The notes under the pieces are model-generated. The model saw only the letters and a program-made list of their open reading frames with translations, was not told the DNA's origin and made no database searches. A stretch of DNA of 64,000 nucleotides, from assembly GCA_052426225.1 (NCBI GenBank), contig JBNJNM010000021.1, positions 1,364,001-1,428,000 of the forward strand, given 5' to 3'. A program made the position numbers and the translations under genes. This DNA is from Zancudomyces culisetae HAW-14-8. Lineage: Eukaryota; Fungi; Kickxellomycota. Every line of letters begins with the position of its first letter. The first letter of the stretch is position 1. Positions 38,962-51,400 of the stretch are shown piece after piece.

Positions 38962-39787
38962 TTTCAGGTCCTGACAACTAAGTATTATTTTTTATAATTT
39001 ATTTATTTATATAAAGTAGTATATATCTTGTGAAGATATTTTTGTCAAGATCTGGAGTCTGGAGTTTTATATTTAATAATATTAAAGTTTATAGAATGAA
39101 TGTATACAAGATACTAGATACTGAATCCAAGACAGGAAAATTGTACCCTTTTTATACTTTTTTCTATGTCTTGGTTATTGAAAATAATCAATATAAAACT
39201 GAGAAATAGCTAAAAACGCAAGCTAAAGAAAAACGTGTTTGATTACTAATCCAATTTGATTAGTAATCAAACAAATATCAAATATGAATGCTAATAAAAT
39301 TAAACATGTGTAAATTATTACGTAAATAAAATTAATAAATAATGTGAAATTTCGGTAATGTTCTAGAATGTTGGGGAACATTCTAAACATTACTGCGGAT
39401 GTAAATCAGATGATTCTAGAACGTTTTCGAACATTCTAGAATCAGTTCATGACAATTTTATTGCTGAAGCTTCTCTTTCAATAAAATCTATGGCTATATA
39501 TACTTTTCCAAAACTACTAAAAAACTATGAAAAACATTGATATAACTATATAGAAAATTCTAGAATGTTAGAATTCTAGAATGATTACTAATCAATTGAT
39601 TAGTAATGTAAAACGTGTAATTGCGCAGCAAAATGTCGTAATTTTAACTCGTTTCTAAATTACCTAATCTACTGCGCAATCAACAAAATTAAATTTCCCA
39701 AAATGATTTTTGAGAAAATTGCGCAGCAGTTTAGTAATTAAATACAACACGTGTATTTAATTTCAAATGTCATGATAAATCATGACA
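38962..39787 (-). repeat. G1-family solo LTR (interrupted by L6)
   Basis: Reverse complement of 4454-4862; TSD ATGAT (38957-38961 and 39788-39792). Confidence 0.92.
39043..39454 (-). repeat. Solo LTR family L6 nested in the G1 solo LTR
   Basis: tgtcaaga...tcatgaca; TSD ATTTT. Confidence 0.9.
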
Positions 39788-42700
39788 ATGATCTCAATAG
39801 CGACTGGATATCACTATCTAGAAGCTATTGGAACCACCAATTTAATAACAATACAACAAATTATGGTTCACTTTTAGCTACTGAATTGATGGAACTCCAT
39901 AATAGCATTAATAATATAAGAGATATCACATTTCAGTAATAAAGTTTATTGAAGTAGTGAATATCCTATTTAATGTGGATGTTAGGGACATTAATACAGT
40001 ACCTTATAGTTAAATTATTAATTGATGTATATTCTTTATTCAACCATTGGTTATTGGAAAAGAATAACTATCAAAGAAATCTAGACCTAAAAAAATAAGG
40101 ATATAATACTGAGTATGACTTTCTAATGTCATTATCACAAGTAAACAACGAGGCAAATACAACTGATGAACCAGTATACACTAGTACTGCCTTTGGAAAA
40201 GAGACACAATTCAGCATTAGTTTATACTGTCTTGAAAAAAATTTCCAACAGTTACCTCTGCCGAACCCGAAATACCTTTTGCCGGTATCGCTAATAAATC
40301 TTGGAAATGGAATCTCAGAAGAGTATGAATGAATAGAGAATTAAAAAGGTTTATTTATTTTAATTATAACAACACTGGGAAAATCCCCCAAACTATTACA
40401 AACTAGATATAGTATTATTGAACAGTAAAATATATAGTTGGAATAGTATTAATAGGTTAAAGATTGAAGAAAAAATTTAATCTCACCTTTATTTATCTTA
40501 CATGGGCAATTGTAATCGGGGAAAACAGTATCGAGTTGGACTGGATCGATAGAAAATTCGTTTTGTAAAAATCTGTAAAAAAAACGAAACCGAAACTATC
40601 AAACACGCCTACTTTGACTGTAGTAGAATTGTAATATAGTCATAGCTAGCCTATGACTGTGTTATTAATATTTTTGACATTATTTATCATAGTTTATAAT
40701 TTGAGAAAAGAAAGAAAAAAACTCAAAAAAATTGAGATAAATTGGAAAAAACAAGTAAATGAAAAAGAATTAGGTATTTAATAGATTTTCGAATCTTCTA
40801 TCTAGGAGAATTAAGTTTTTTTTTATCCTTTAGTTCTATAGTAAATAAAGCTATTATATACCTAAATATTATAAGGGACACGGTACTTTAGACAAACAAG
40901 AGGTAAAACTCAGTCACTAAGTATCGGAAAATTGAGTAGAGTTTATATATTTGCTATAGTTATATTACAGAATCAAGTGTTTTTGGAATAAAGTTTTTTC
41001 CTTTTTAATTTCCAATCTAAAAAAAAACATTCATTGGACAATCACACCTTGAAAAAAATTTGGAAAATTGAAAAAATCGACTTCAATTGGGAAGAAATTA
41101 TGTCTGGATGCAACAAAATTAGGCACTGTATTAAAGACATAAAAATTATTTTAGCATCAGCCATCTGGAATAATTCAGAGCGAGAACTGAGGCTGCACTA
41201 TCAGAAAAAACTACAAAGCATTTCAACTATTCTTGAAATGGAAAGAATACATGCGGATGTATTACAAAGTATACAACAAAAACAATGATGAGGAGAAAAA
41301 CCTGTTTGAATTTGAACCTGATTAACCAAAAAAAATGTCACCAACATTTTATAAATCTCCTATCAATTTACAATTTTTTCAACAATTGTCCATCAACATC
41401 TCAAACACAAAAAAAAATAATAATAATAACTTCAGATTCTTGAAACGAATTTTCCATCTACCCAGAATAACTCAACTATTTCCAGGATACACTCCCTATG
41501 AACAGTTTATTCATTTAGTTACACTTACTTAACTAGTATTTCTTTTAATTTGATTTATTTTGTTCAGGACACTAATAAACTCTATCTAAAAATAATAATA
41601 AAATTTTACTCAATTTATTAGCATAAAATTAGCGAATCAATTTCTAGAATAGAATTTGGTGATTATTTTCGAAATGAAATGATGGCAAATACACACATCA
41701 AGCGTTTTTTCCGATGATGTACAATTTTAGTTTACGCATATCGATGTTTTAAGGGATAAAGTCAAAATTTTCCTCTCTTTTTCCGTCCTAGAAGTATATG
41801 ACGTCGAAAGGTTATTTTTATATTGGTCTGACTATATAAAATAAAGGATTTCTAAAATATTGGCAAAAACAGGATTGAGTTATTTAGTGTTTGGATTAAA
41901 CAACAAATATTACCAATATGGAGAGTATTAATTGCTCAAATAATATGTATTGTAATTTTAATAAATAGGATCGAGGCCAAAGACCTGGACAAGAAAGTAT
42001 ATTGTAAAATTTTTCTTGGCTAGTTGTTCACCTAGTTTTGATAAATATTGGCATGCTAAGTGTGTATTAAAAGTGGGTCCAGTCATTTTGAAAATTTTAA
42101 ACAACAAAGATCCATATATTCTGCTGCAATAAAATTAATCTAGATTTTTCAAAGTTTGAAACCCTGTATTTTATTACAACAATATTATACACATGCTTGA
42201 ATAAATTGATATACAAATCTAGACTATAGACACTATAAAGTGATATCTACATAAGTAAAGCAATTTTTGGCTAATAAGAGGGTAACTACTTTTATTTTCA
42301 ACCACAAATACCCTTTATTTCGTTATTCAAACCAATAGAGATGTGAAAAAAAGAAGAATTCTACGACAGCAATTCTGAAAAGCAAACATTGGAGGTCTTC
42401 TTACACGAGTAGGTGTGCAATAGTAATTTATTTTCCCCTAGGGGATACCAGTTTAATTGCAAATATTTTTCTACAATGACAATATTATCACCTGTACCCA
42501 GTCAGTCAAATATTAACAACATTGTTAGCCTAGGCAAAGTGATTTTGACTATTGGAGTATGAGACTCACGAGCATGTAAGACCGAATGTAGTTTCTGGAT
42601 TTATTGGAGCAAATTTCAAATAAAGTAGTATCGAATTTTTCTCGAAGAGAGGTGGAGAGGGGGAAGGTTGAAAATATACTAGATTTGTACCTAGATGTGT

Positions 42701-43180
42701 TTTTTTATATTGTTGCGAATTTAGAAAAGGCTGTGTTAATGGTGGACATTATTTTATCTTCAGGTATTGAAGGTCTTTATTATAGCAATAATTATACACC
42801 ATGGCCTAAGCTTATGAGATAGATTCGGCATTTCAAATTTATATAAATAATAAGTTTAATACCACATAGCTTTACCAAAAAACTTTAGTATTTAACCAGA
42901 AGAGTATTCAATAACATATAGACGCATTTTTCAACAGAATCGCTAGCATATTACATACTTCGTAAAACTTTGTTTATTGTAAATGTATAGTTATTGGAAT
43001 TGAGACATTGTAAAATCCATCCCTAATTCAAAAAAAAGGAACGGAAAAGACACATTTACACCAATACACATTAAATAACAAGGATAATAATTTACAACAA
43101 TAACTCCGTCCTGATATAGATATAATAAAATCTAATATTATCGTGTAGCTCAGGTTAGAATAAGCATCAACCGAGTAATA

Positions 43181-46100
43181 ATGCAATTTAAGATGATAAA
43201 TCTAAGATGCTTGTCCCTACTTGCGCTTTACGCCCTCTCAGTGTATACTTATGCGGAGAGCCCCCATAGTACAGGAGTGACAAAGGATACACCAAAATTT
43301 TTAGACAAAGGTATAACCAAAGAACTCAAATATGTGCAAAAAAAAGATTTAGAAAATGGGATAATTTCGAAAAGCATCAGCAGCGAGGGTAATGGCCTCG
43401 TTCAGAAGAATGGTATACCATATAAGATGTGTAGACGGGGAGGAGGAGGAGGATGTAGAGGAGGAGGAGCTAGAAGAGGAGGATGTAGAGGAGGAGGAGC
43501 TAGAAGAGGAGGATGTAGAGGAGGAGCTAGAAGAGAATGTAGGCCAAGCTGTAGACCACCACATAGACCATTCTGTAAACTACCACATAGACCATTCTGT
43601 AAACTACCACATAGACCATTCTGTAAACCACCACATAGACCATTCTGTAAACCACCACATAGACCATTCTGTAAACCACCATGCAAACCACACAGACCAC
43701 ACCCACCGTTTACTAGACCAACAAGACCATGTCCACCATTCACTCGTCCAACAAGGCCACGCCCAACATTCACTCGCCCACCATTTACTAGACCAACAAG
43801 ACCATGTCCACCATTCACTCGTCCAACAAGGCCACGCCCAACATTCACTCGCCCACCATTTACTAGACCAACAAGACCATGTCCACCATTCACTCGCCCA
43901 ACAAGGCCACGCCCAACATTCACTCGCCCACCATTCACTCGCCCACCATTCACTCGTCCAACAAGACCATGTCCACCATTCACACGACCACCATTCACCA
44001 GACCAACATTCACTCGCCCACCATTCACTCACCCACCATTTACTAGACCAACAAGACCATGTCCACCATTCACTCGCCCAACAAGGCCACGCCCAACATT
44101 CACTCGCCCACCATTCACTCGCCCACCATTCACTCGCCCACCATTCACTCGTCCAACAAGACCATGTCCACCATTCACACGACCACCATTCACTCGTCCA
44201 ACATTCACTCGCCCAACATTCACTCGACCACCATTCACTCGCCCACCATTCACACGACCACCATTCACTCGCCCACCATTCACACGACCACCATTCACTC
44301 GCCCACCATTTACTAGACCAACAAGACCATGTCCACCATTCACACGACCAACATTCACTCGCCCAACATTCACTCGCCCAACATTCACTCGCCCACCATT
44401 CACTCGCCCACCATTCACTCGCCCACCATTCACTCGCCCACCATTCACACGACCACCATTCACCAGACCACCATTCACTCGCCCACCATTCACTCGCCCA
44501 CCATTCACACGACCACCATTCACACGACCACCATTTACTCGCCCACCATTCACTCGCCCACCATTCACTCGCCCACCATTCACTCGCCCACCATTCACTC
44601 GCCCACCATTCACTTGCCCACCATTCACTCGCCCACCATTCACCAGACCAACCCGTACTCGCCCAACTTCATTTACTCGCCCACCATTCACTCGCCCACC
44701 ATTCACTCGCCCACCATTCACTCGCCCACCATTCACTCGCCCACCATTCACTTGCCCACCATTCACTCGCCCACCATTTACTCGCCCACCATTCACTCGC
44801 CCACCATTCACTCGCCCACCATTCACTCGACCACCATTCACTCGCCCACCATTCACTCGCCCACCATTCACACGACCACCATTCACTCGCCCACCATTCA
44901 CACGACCACCATTCACCAGACCAACCCGTACTCGCCCAACTTCATTCACTCGCCCAACTTCATTCACTCGCCCAACTTCATTCACTCGCCCAACTTCATT
45001 CACTCGCCCAACATTCACTCGCCCACCATTCACTCGCCCACCATTCACTCGCCCACCATTCACTCGCCCACCATTCACTCGCCCACCATTCACTCGCCCA
45101 CCATTCACTCGCCCACCATTCACTCGCCCACCATTCACTCGCCCACCATTCACTCGCCCACCATTCACTCGCCCACCATTCACTCGCCCACCATTCACAC
45201 GACCACCATTCACCAGACCAACCCGTACTCGCCCAACTTCATTCACTCGCCCAACTTCATTCACTCGCCCAACATTCACTCGCCCACCATTCACTCGCCC
45301 ACCATTCACTCGCCCACCATTCACTCGCCCACCATTCACACGACCACCATTCACACGACCACCATTTACTCGCCCACCATTCACTCGCCCACCATTCACT
45401 CGCCCACCATTCACTCGCCCACCATTCACTCGCCCACCATTCACTTGCCCACCATTCACTCGCCCACCATTCACCAGACCAACCCGTACTCGCCCAACTT
45501 CATTCACTCGCCCACCATTCACTCGACCACCATTCACTCGCCCACCATTCACTCGCCCACCATTCACTCGCCCACCATTCACACGACCACCATTCACCAG
45601 ACCACCATTCACTCGCCCACCATTCACTCGCCCACCATTCACACGACCACCATTCACTCGCCCACCATTCACTCGCCCACCATTCACTCGCCCACCATTC
45701 ACTCGCCCACCATTCACTCGCCCACCATTCACTCGCCCACCATTCACTCGCCCACCATTCACTCGCCCACCATTCACTCGCCCACCATTCACACGACCAA
45801 CAAGACCATGTCCACCATTCACTCGCCCACCATTCACACGACCACCATTCACACGACCAACAAGACCATGTCCACCATTCACTCGCCCACCATTCACACG
45901 ACCACCATTTACTAGACCAACAAGACCATGTCCACCATTCACTCGCCCAACTTCATTCACTCGCCCAACATTCACTCGCCCACCATTCACTCGCCCACCA
46001 TTCACTCGCCCACCATTCACTCGCCCACCATTCACTCGCCCACCATTCACTCGCCCACCATTCACTCGCCCACCATTCACTCGCCCACCATTCACTCGCC

Positions 46101-47956
46101 CACCATTCACTCGCCCACCATTCACACGACCAACAAGACCATGTCCACCATTCACTCGCCCACCATTCACACGACCACCATTTACTAGACCAACAAGACC
46201 ATGTCCACCATTCACTCGCCCACCATTCACACGACCACCATTCACCAGACCAACAAGACCATGTCCACCATTCACTCGCCCACCATTCACACGACCACCA
46301 TTTACTAGACCAACAAGACCATGTCCACCATTCACTCGCCCACCATTCACCAGACCAACCCGTACTCGCCCAACTTCATTCACTCGCCCAACTTCATTCA
46401 CTCGCCCAACTTCATTCACTCGCCCAACATTCACACGACCACCATTCACCAGACCAACCCGTACTCGCCCAACTTCATTCACTCGCCCAACTTCATTCAC
46501 TCGCCCAACATTCACTCGCCCACCATTCACTCGCCCACCATTCACTCGCCCACCATTCACTCGCCCACCATTCACTCGCCCACCATTCACTCGCCCACCA
46601 TTCACTCGCCCACCATTCACACGACCACCATTTACTAGACCAACAAGACCATGTCCACCATTCACTCGCCCACCATTCACACGACCACCATTCACCAGAC
46701 CACCATTCACTCGCCCACCATTCACTCGCCCACCATTCACTTGCCCACCATTCACTCGCCCACCATTCACCAGACCAACCCGTACTCGCCCACCATTCAC
46801 CAGACCAACCCGTACTCGCCCAACTTCATTCACTCGCCCAACTTCATTCACTCGCCCACCATTCACTCGCCCACCATTCACTCGCCCACCATTCACTCGC
46901 CCACCATTCACTCGCCCACCATTCACTCGCCCACCATTCACTCGCCCACCATTCACTCGCCCACCATTCACTCGCCCACCATTCACTCGCCCACCATTCA
47001 CACGACCACCATTTACTAGACCAACAAGACCATGTCCACCATTCACACGACCAACATTCACTCGCTCAACATTCACTCGCCCAACATTCACTTGTCCAAC
47101 ATTCACTTGTCCAACAAGACCAACAAGACCACGTCCACCATACTGGCCACACTGGCCACATCGCCCACCATACCCTCGACCACCATATTGGCCATACTGG
47201 CCACACCAACCAACATATTCTCGACCACCATACTTGCCACACCGACCACCATATCATCGTCCAACAAGACCACGCCCACCATTCACTCGTCCACCATTCA
47301 CACGCCCACCGTTTACAAGACCAACAAAACCACGTCCAACATTCACTCGTCCAACAAGACCAACAAGACCACGTCCACCATACTGGCCACACTGGTCACA
47401 TCGCCCACCATACCCTCGACCACCATACTGGCCACACTGGCCCCATCGCCCACCATATCACCGCCCAACACACTGGCCACCATACCCTCGCCCAACAAAA
47501 ACACGCACATCTGGAACAGGAACTGGTACAGAACCAACAGGAACAGAGCTAACAGGAACCAGTACAACAGAGGAACAAAGCACACCACCACTACTAACAA
47601 TCCCTGAGTCACCTCCATCACACAGTAGAACACACCGTCCGCGCCCAACAAAAACCAGCACCATATGCACAACAGACGATGAGGGTCCACCAATTAACAT
47701 AACTATATCTTCTTCATCAACAATCAACACTACAGGTGAGATCGAATCGACTGAACGGTCGACTACCACCACTACAAATACAGGCGAACCATGTGATAGT
47801 GAGGGGATTACCACAGTGATAATAAAAACCAAAACTAAAAGCAAAGTCAAGACAAAAACAAAGACCAAAACTAAGGTCATCGCCACCGATACTTGCGAAA
47901 CCACGAGCACCAGCACACTAACTACATCAGATGCGTTGGGAGTAATGCCAATATAG
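43181..47956 (+). CDS. Giant secreted Pro/Arg/Thr/Phe tandem-repeat protein (paralog 2, 1591 aa)
   Basis: Signal-peptide-like N-terminus; G/R/C block, (PPHRPFCK)n, a >1100-aa (PPFTR)n array, PPYWPHW block, S/T tail. Repeat variation is mostly synonymous in this frame. Confidence 0.88.
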   Translation: MQFKMINLRCLSLLALYALSVYTYAESPHSTGVTKDTPKFLDKGITKELKYVQKKDLENGIISKSISSEGNGLVQKNGIPYKMCRRGGGGGCRGGGARRGGCRGGGARRGGCRGGARRECRPSCRPPHRPFCKLPHRPFCKLPHRPFCKPPHRPFCKPPHRPFCKPPCKPHRPHPPFTRPTRPCPPFTRPTRPRPTFTRPPFTRPTRPCPPFTRPTRPRPTFTRPPFTRPTRPCPPFTRPTRPRPTFTRPPFTRPPFTRPTRPCPPFTRPPFTRPTFTRPPFTHPPFTRPTRPCPPFTRPTRPRPTFTRPPFTRPPFTRPPFTRPTRPCPPFTRPPFTRPTFTRPTFTRPPFTRPPFTRPPFTRPPFTRPPFTRPPFTRPTRPCPPFTRPTFTRPTFTRPTFTRPPFTRPPFTRPPFTRPPFTRPPFTRPPFTRPPFTRPPFTRPPFTRPPFTRPPFTRPPFTRPPFTRPPFTRPPFTCPPFTRPPFTRPTRTRPTSFTRPPFTRPPFTRPPFTRPPFTRPPFTCPPFTRPPFTRPPFTRPPFTRPPFTRPPFTRPPFTRPPFTRPPFTRPPFTRPPFTRPTRTRPTSFTRPTSFTRPTSFTRPTSFTRPTFTRPPFTRPPFTRPPFTRPPFTRPPFTRPPFTRPPFTRPPFTRPPFTRPPFTRPPFTRPPFTRPPFTRPTRTRPTSFTRPTSFTRPTFTRPPFTRPPFTRPPFTRPPFTRPPFTRPPFTRPPFTRPPFTRPPFTRPPFTRPPFTCPPFTRPPFTRPTRTRPTSFTRPPFTRPPFTRPPFTRPPFTRPPFTRPPFTRPPFTRPPFTRPPFTRPPFTRPPFTRPPFTRPPFTRPPFTRPPFTRPPFTRPPFTRPPFTRPPFTRPTRPCPPFTRPPFTRPPFTRPTRPCPPFTRPPFTRPPFTRPTRPCPPFTRPTSFTRPTFTRPPFTRPPFTRPPFTRPPFTRPPFTRPPFTRPPFTRPPFTRPPFTRPPFTRPTRPCPPFTRPPFTRPPFTRPTRPCPPFTRPPFTRPPFTRPTRPCPPFTRPPFTRPPFTRPTRPCPPFTRPPFTRPTRTRPTSFTRPTSFTRPTSFTRPTFTRPPFTRPTRTRPTSFTRPTSFTRPTFTRPPFTRPPFTRPPFTRPPFTRPPFTRPPFTRPPFTRPPFTRPTRPCPPFTRPPFTRPPFTRPPFTRPPFTRPPFTCPPFTRPPFTRPTRTRPPFTRPTRTRPTSFTRPTSFTRPPFTRPPFTRPPFTRPPFTRPPFTRPPFTRPPFTRPPFTRPPFTRPPFTRPPFTRPTRPCPPFTRPTFTRSTFTRPTFTCPTFTCPTRPTRPRPPYWPHWPHRPPYPRPPYWPYWPHQPTYSRPPYLPHRPPYHRPTRPRPPFTRPPFTRPPFTRPTKPRPTFTRPTRPTRPRPPYWPHWSHRPPYPRPPYWPHWPHRPPYHRPTHWPPYPRPTKTRTSGTGTGTEPTGTELTGTSTTEEQSTPPLLTIPESPPSHSRTHRPRPTKTSTICTTDDEGPPINITISSSSTINTTGEIESTERSTTTTTNTGEPCDSEGITTVIIKTKTKSKVKTKTKTKTKVIATDTCETTSTSTLTTSDALGVMPI

Positions 47957-48401
47957 TACAGCTATAACTATATTTCACTACTTTTTTTAATTTTTTTTTC
48001 TTGAAGGCAAACACCTTTTAACACCTTTAGATTTATTTATTATTGAGCTTACCAAATAAAGCATAAACTAATATTTACAATATAAAAAAAGTAATATGAA
48101 CACGTGATTTGTTTAAATTGTAAAAGGTGCTACAGAAGGTTATGCTGGAGCAAATGTTGAGACTTCTTGTATTTCGTTCTGTATATATGTATTTTTTTTT
48201 TAATTTTTGAAATTTAGTGTTTTAATTTCGTGAAATTTGTGCAAAATTGATGTAAATATTATGTTTATTTGATTAATTTTTTTTTTTAGAATAGTTAATA
48301 TTTTTTTAGTAGTGAATATATAATATAATTTTTTATAGAGCAAGCTTTTTAACAAAAAAGAAAAATAAAAAAGGAACGGGAAAAAAGAAGGGAAGACAAC
48401 A

Positions 48402-51400
48402 ATGTTCAAGGCGACCAAAGATTTTCTAGGGAAGCCGGCACCACCAAACTATGTTGCTGGGTTGGGAAGAGGGTAAGTGCAGATTCCAAAAGTACAAAAG
48501 CTTTTTTTTTTTTGCTTTTTTTGTTATTTTTTTTTTCAGCTGACTTGTGATTTTAGTAAAGTACGGTTTTATGTATATGTTACACTTTATAAAATTGAAA
48601 ATTCAACCAACTCGGGTGGGGTGGGATCGGGATGGAATGGAATGGAATATAAAATAATAGAGCAACAGGGTTTACGACACGGTCGGATATAGGCCCGGCG
48701 CGAGATAGCACTACCGAAGGACCAGCAATCCAGGGGCAGGACGAGGACGAAGCGTACCAGGAGCCTGACAATGAAGTTGGTTTATTTAATACAGCGCCGT
48801 ACGAACAGGATGACGAAGAGGCCGACCAAATCTGGCAGGCAATCGATGAGGCGATGGAAGAACGGCGCAAAAAGCGGAAGGAAAAACGCGAAAAGGAGGA
48901 GCTTGAGGCAATACGAGAGGAGCGCCCCTCGATCAAAAGTCAATTTTCGGATTTGCGCAAACATTTGACCAACTTGTCAGAAGAGGATTGGTTGTCAATT
49001 CCCGAGGCCAGCAATCGGGCAGGGAGCAAGAGAAAGAAGGAGAGTAAAATGGAGCGGTTTTCGGCGGTTCCAGATTCGGTGATTAGCGGAGTTCGAGAGA
49101 TTCTAACACAAACGACAAGAGAAGATCAGGTAAGTAATTTGATTGGTGATATATGTTTTTTTTTAAATATTGTTTTTGCTTTGGCGGATAATATAACCAA
49201 AGGTAAGAGTGGGGGGGGGGTGTTATAAGAGAGAAAAGAACGAATAAATGAAATGATATGAAATGATAGAGTATGGGGATTGAAACACCGGCACTTGGAT
49301 CAGGAATGACGACGAATTTTGCAGCAATAGGTAAAGCGCGAGATAAAGTATTGGGGCTTAAATTGGATCAAGCAAGAGGTTCGAAGGTTGGGGCAGGGGT
49401 AGGAGCAGGAACAGGAACTGGAACTGGAGCGGGAGCGGGAGCAAGGATAGGAGGAGGAGAAACACAGCAGAGTATTGATCCAGAAGGATACCTGACATCA
49501 CTAAACAGTGTAGTTACGAAGAGTTCAGCAGAGGTAGGAGATATTCAACGAGTGCGGAAATTGTTGAAGAGCGTAACGGTAACAAATCCGAAACATGCAC
49601 CAGGGTGGATTGCAGCGGCGCGGTTGGAAGAGCTGGCGGGGAAAATGGGGGCGGCGAGGACACAGATAATGAAGGGGGCGGAGGAGTGTCCAAAGAGCGA
49701 GGATGTGTGGCTGGAAGCAGCACGATTACATACGGTGGAGAATGCAAAGGTGATATTGGGGCAGGCGATAAAGGAGCTTCCAAAGAGCATTAATATTTGG
49801 CAGGCAGCGGCAGAGCTGGAAAAAGAAGAGAAGAACAAAAAGCGGGTGTTGCGCAAGGCGCTAGAATATGTGCCAATGTCAGTGGCGCTGTGGAAGTCGC
49901 TGGTGGCGATGGAAGAGCCAGAGGATGCACGGGTGCTTTTGGCACGGGCGGTGGAGTTGGTTCCGCAGGCAGTGGAGCTGTGGCAGGCGCTGGCACGGCT
50001 GGAGACGTACGAGAAGGCCAAAGTGGTGCTGAACAAGGCGCGGGCAGCGGTGCCAACGAGCCACGAGATTTGGCTGTCGGCAGCGCAGTTGGAGGAAAGC
50101 CAAAACCGAGCGGTTGGGCGGATAGTAACGCGAGCAGTGACGGGAACGGCGATGGGGCAAGGGTTGGGGCGTGAGCGATGGCTGGAGGAGGCGGAGAAGT
50201 CGGAGGCGCAAGGGTTCCCGGCGGTGTGTCGAGCAATAGTCGAGTCGGCGATTGGAATGGGGTTGGAGGAGAGCGAAGAGACACAAAAGATAGATATCTG
50301 GGTGGCGGATGCCGAGGCAGCACTGCGACGTGGACGGGTTGAAACAGCACGAGAAATCTTTGCGCAGGCATTAAAGCGGGTTCCTACAGATTCGGATTTG
50401 TGGATGTCGGCCGCACAGGTCGAAAGGGACCACGGAACCCCCGAAAGCCTGGACGAGGTGCTGCGGCGAGGTGTGGAGTACTGTCCACAGGCCGAATCGC
50501 TGTGGTTGATGGCGGCCAAGGAGAAGTGGGTGTGGGCAGGCGATGTGGAAGGCGCTCGGCTGATTCTAAGCGAGGCGTTTCGGGCAAACCCAAATTCAGA
50601 GGTGATTTGGCTGGCTGCGGTGAAGTTGGAAAGCACGAACGGCGAGTACGCACGGGCGCGTAAGATTTTGGAGCGGGCGCGAGACGAGAAGACAGGCGCA
50701 GGCACGGCCAAGATGTGGATGAAGTCGGCTGTGTTGGAGCGCAGCCTGGGCAATTACGACGATGCTCTGCAAATAGCCACTGGCGGCGTAGAGAAGTACC
50801 CACACTTTGCCAAGCTGTGGATGATCAAGGGTCAGCTGGAAACCGACCACCTCAACGCTCCGCTGGCAGCCCGCGAAACGTATTCCCAGGCAACCAAACG
50901 CATTCCACATTCTGAAGTGCTGTGGATTTTGGCTGCGCGCTTGGAATTTCATCATTTCAGCCAACCCAACAAGGCGCGTGCTTTGCTGGACCAGGCCCGT
51001 ATCGCCAACCCCAAAAACCCTGTATTGTGGCTTGAGACCTGTCGTATGGAACGGCTCATCCAAAAAAACCCTGTGCTTTTCAAGACCATTCTGAACCGTG
51101 CCATTGCCGAATGTCCCAAGTCTGGCGCCTTATGGGCCGAAGCCATTTTGTGCGAGCCGCGGCCACAGCGCAAGGCTAAGAGCATTGATGCTCTCAAGCA
51201 CTGCGACAACAGCGACCCAGTGTTGCTGGTGACTATCGGGCGCCTGTTTTGGTCGGAGCGTCGTGTAGACAAGGCCAGGACCTGGTTTTCTAGGTGTATC
51301 GACCTGAATCCCAAGTATGGTGATGCGTATGCCTGGTTATACTGGTTAGAGAGCGAAACCAGTACTGGTACTACCACCACTACTACTACTACTAGTAACC

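Larger units (their letters stand above)
32982..41603 (+). mobile_element. Decayed L1/Tx1-like non-LTR retrotransposon (3' part of ORF2), split by G5 and solo LTRs
   Basis: LSLRGRV|LLNN joins across G5; FIW...LELPKKLCGLRLID; C-terminal CxxC...ETIKH...C at ~40560-40621; AATAAA at 41574 followed by an A-rich tail. Confidence 0.78.

Noticed and set aside
40677-41031. Possible small insertion in the LINE flanked by ACATT
   Set aside because: AT-rich with no clear termini; the 5-bp match may be chance.
43392-47552. 1386-aa His-rich (SLAHH)n ORF, plus the (TIHSP)n and antisense (VNGGR)n ORFs
   Set aside because: Shadow frames of a stop-free 15-nt repeat. Unit variation is synonymous in the PPFTR frame, which also owns the signal peptide and the paralog-conserved tail.
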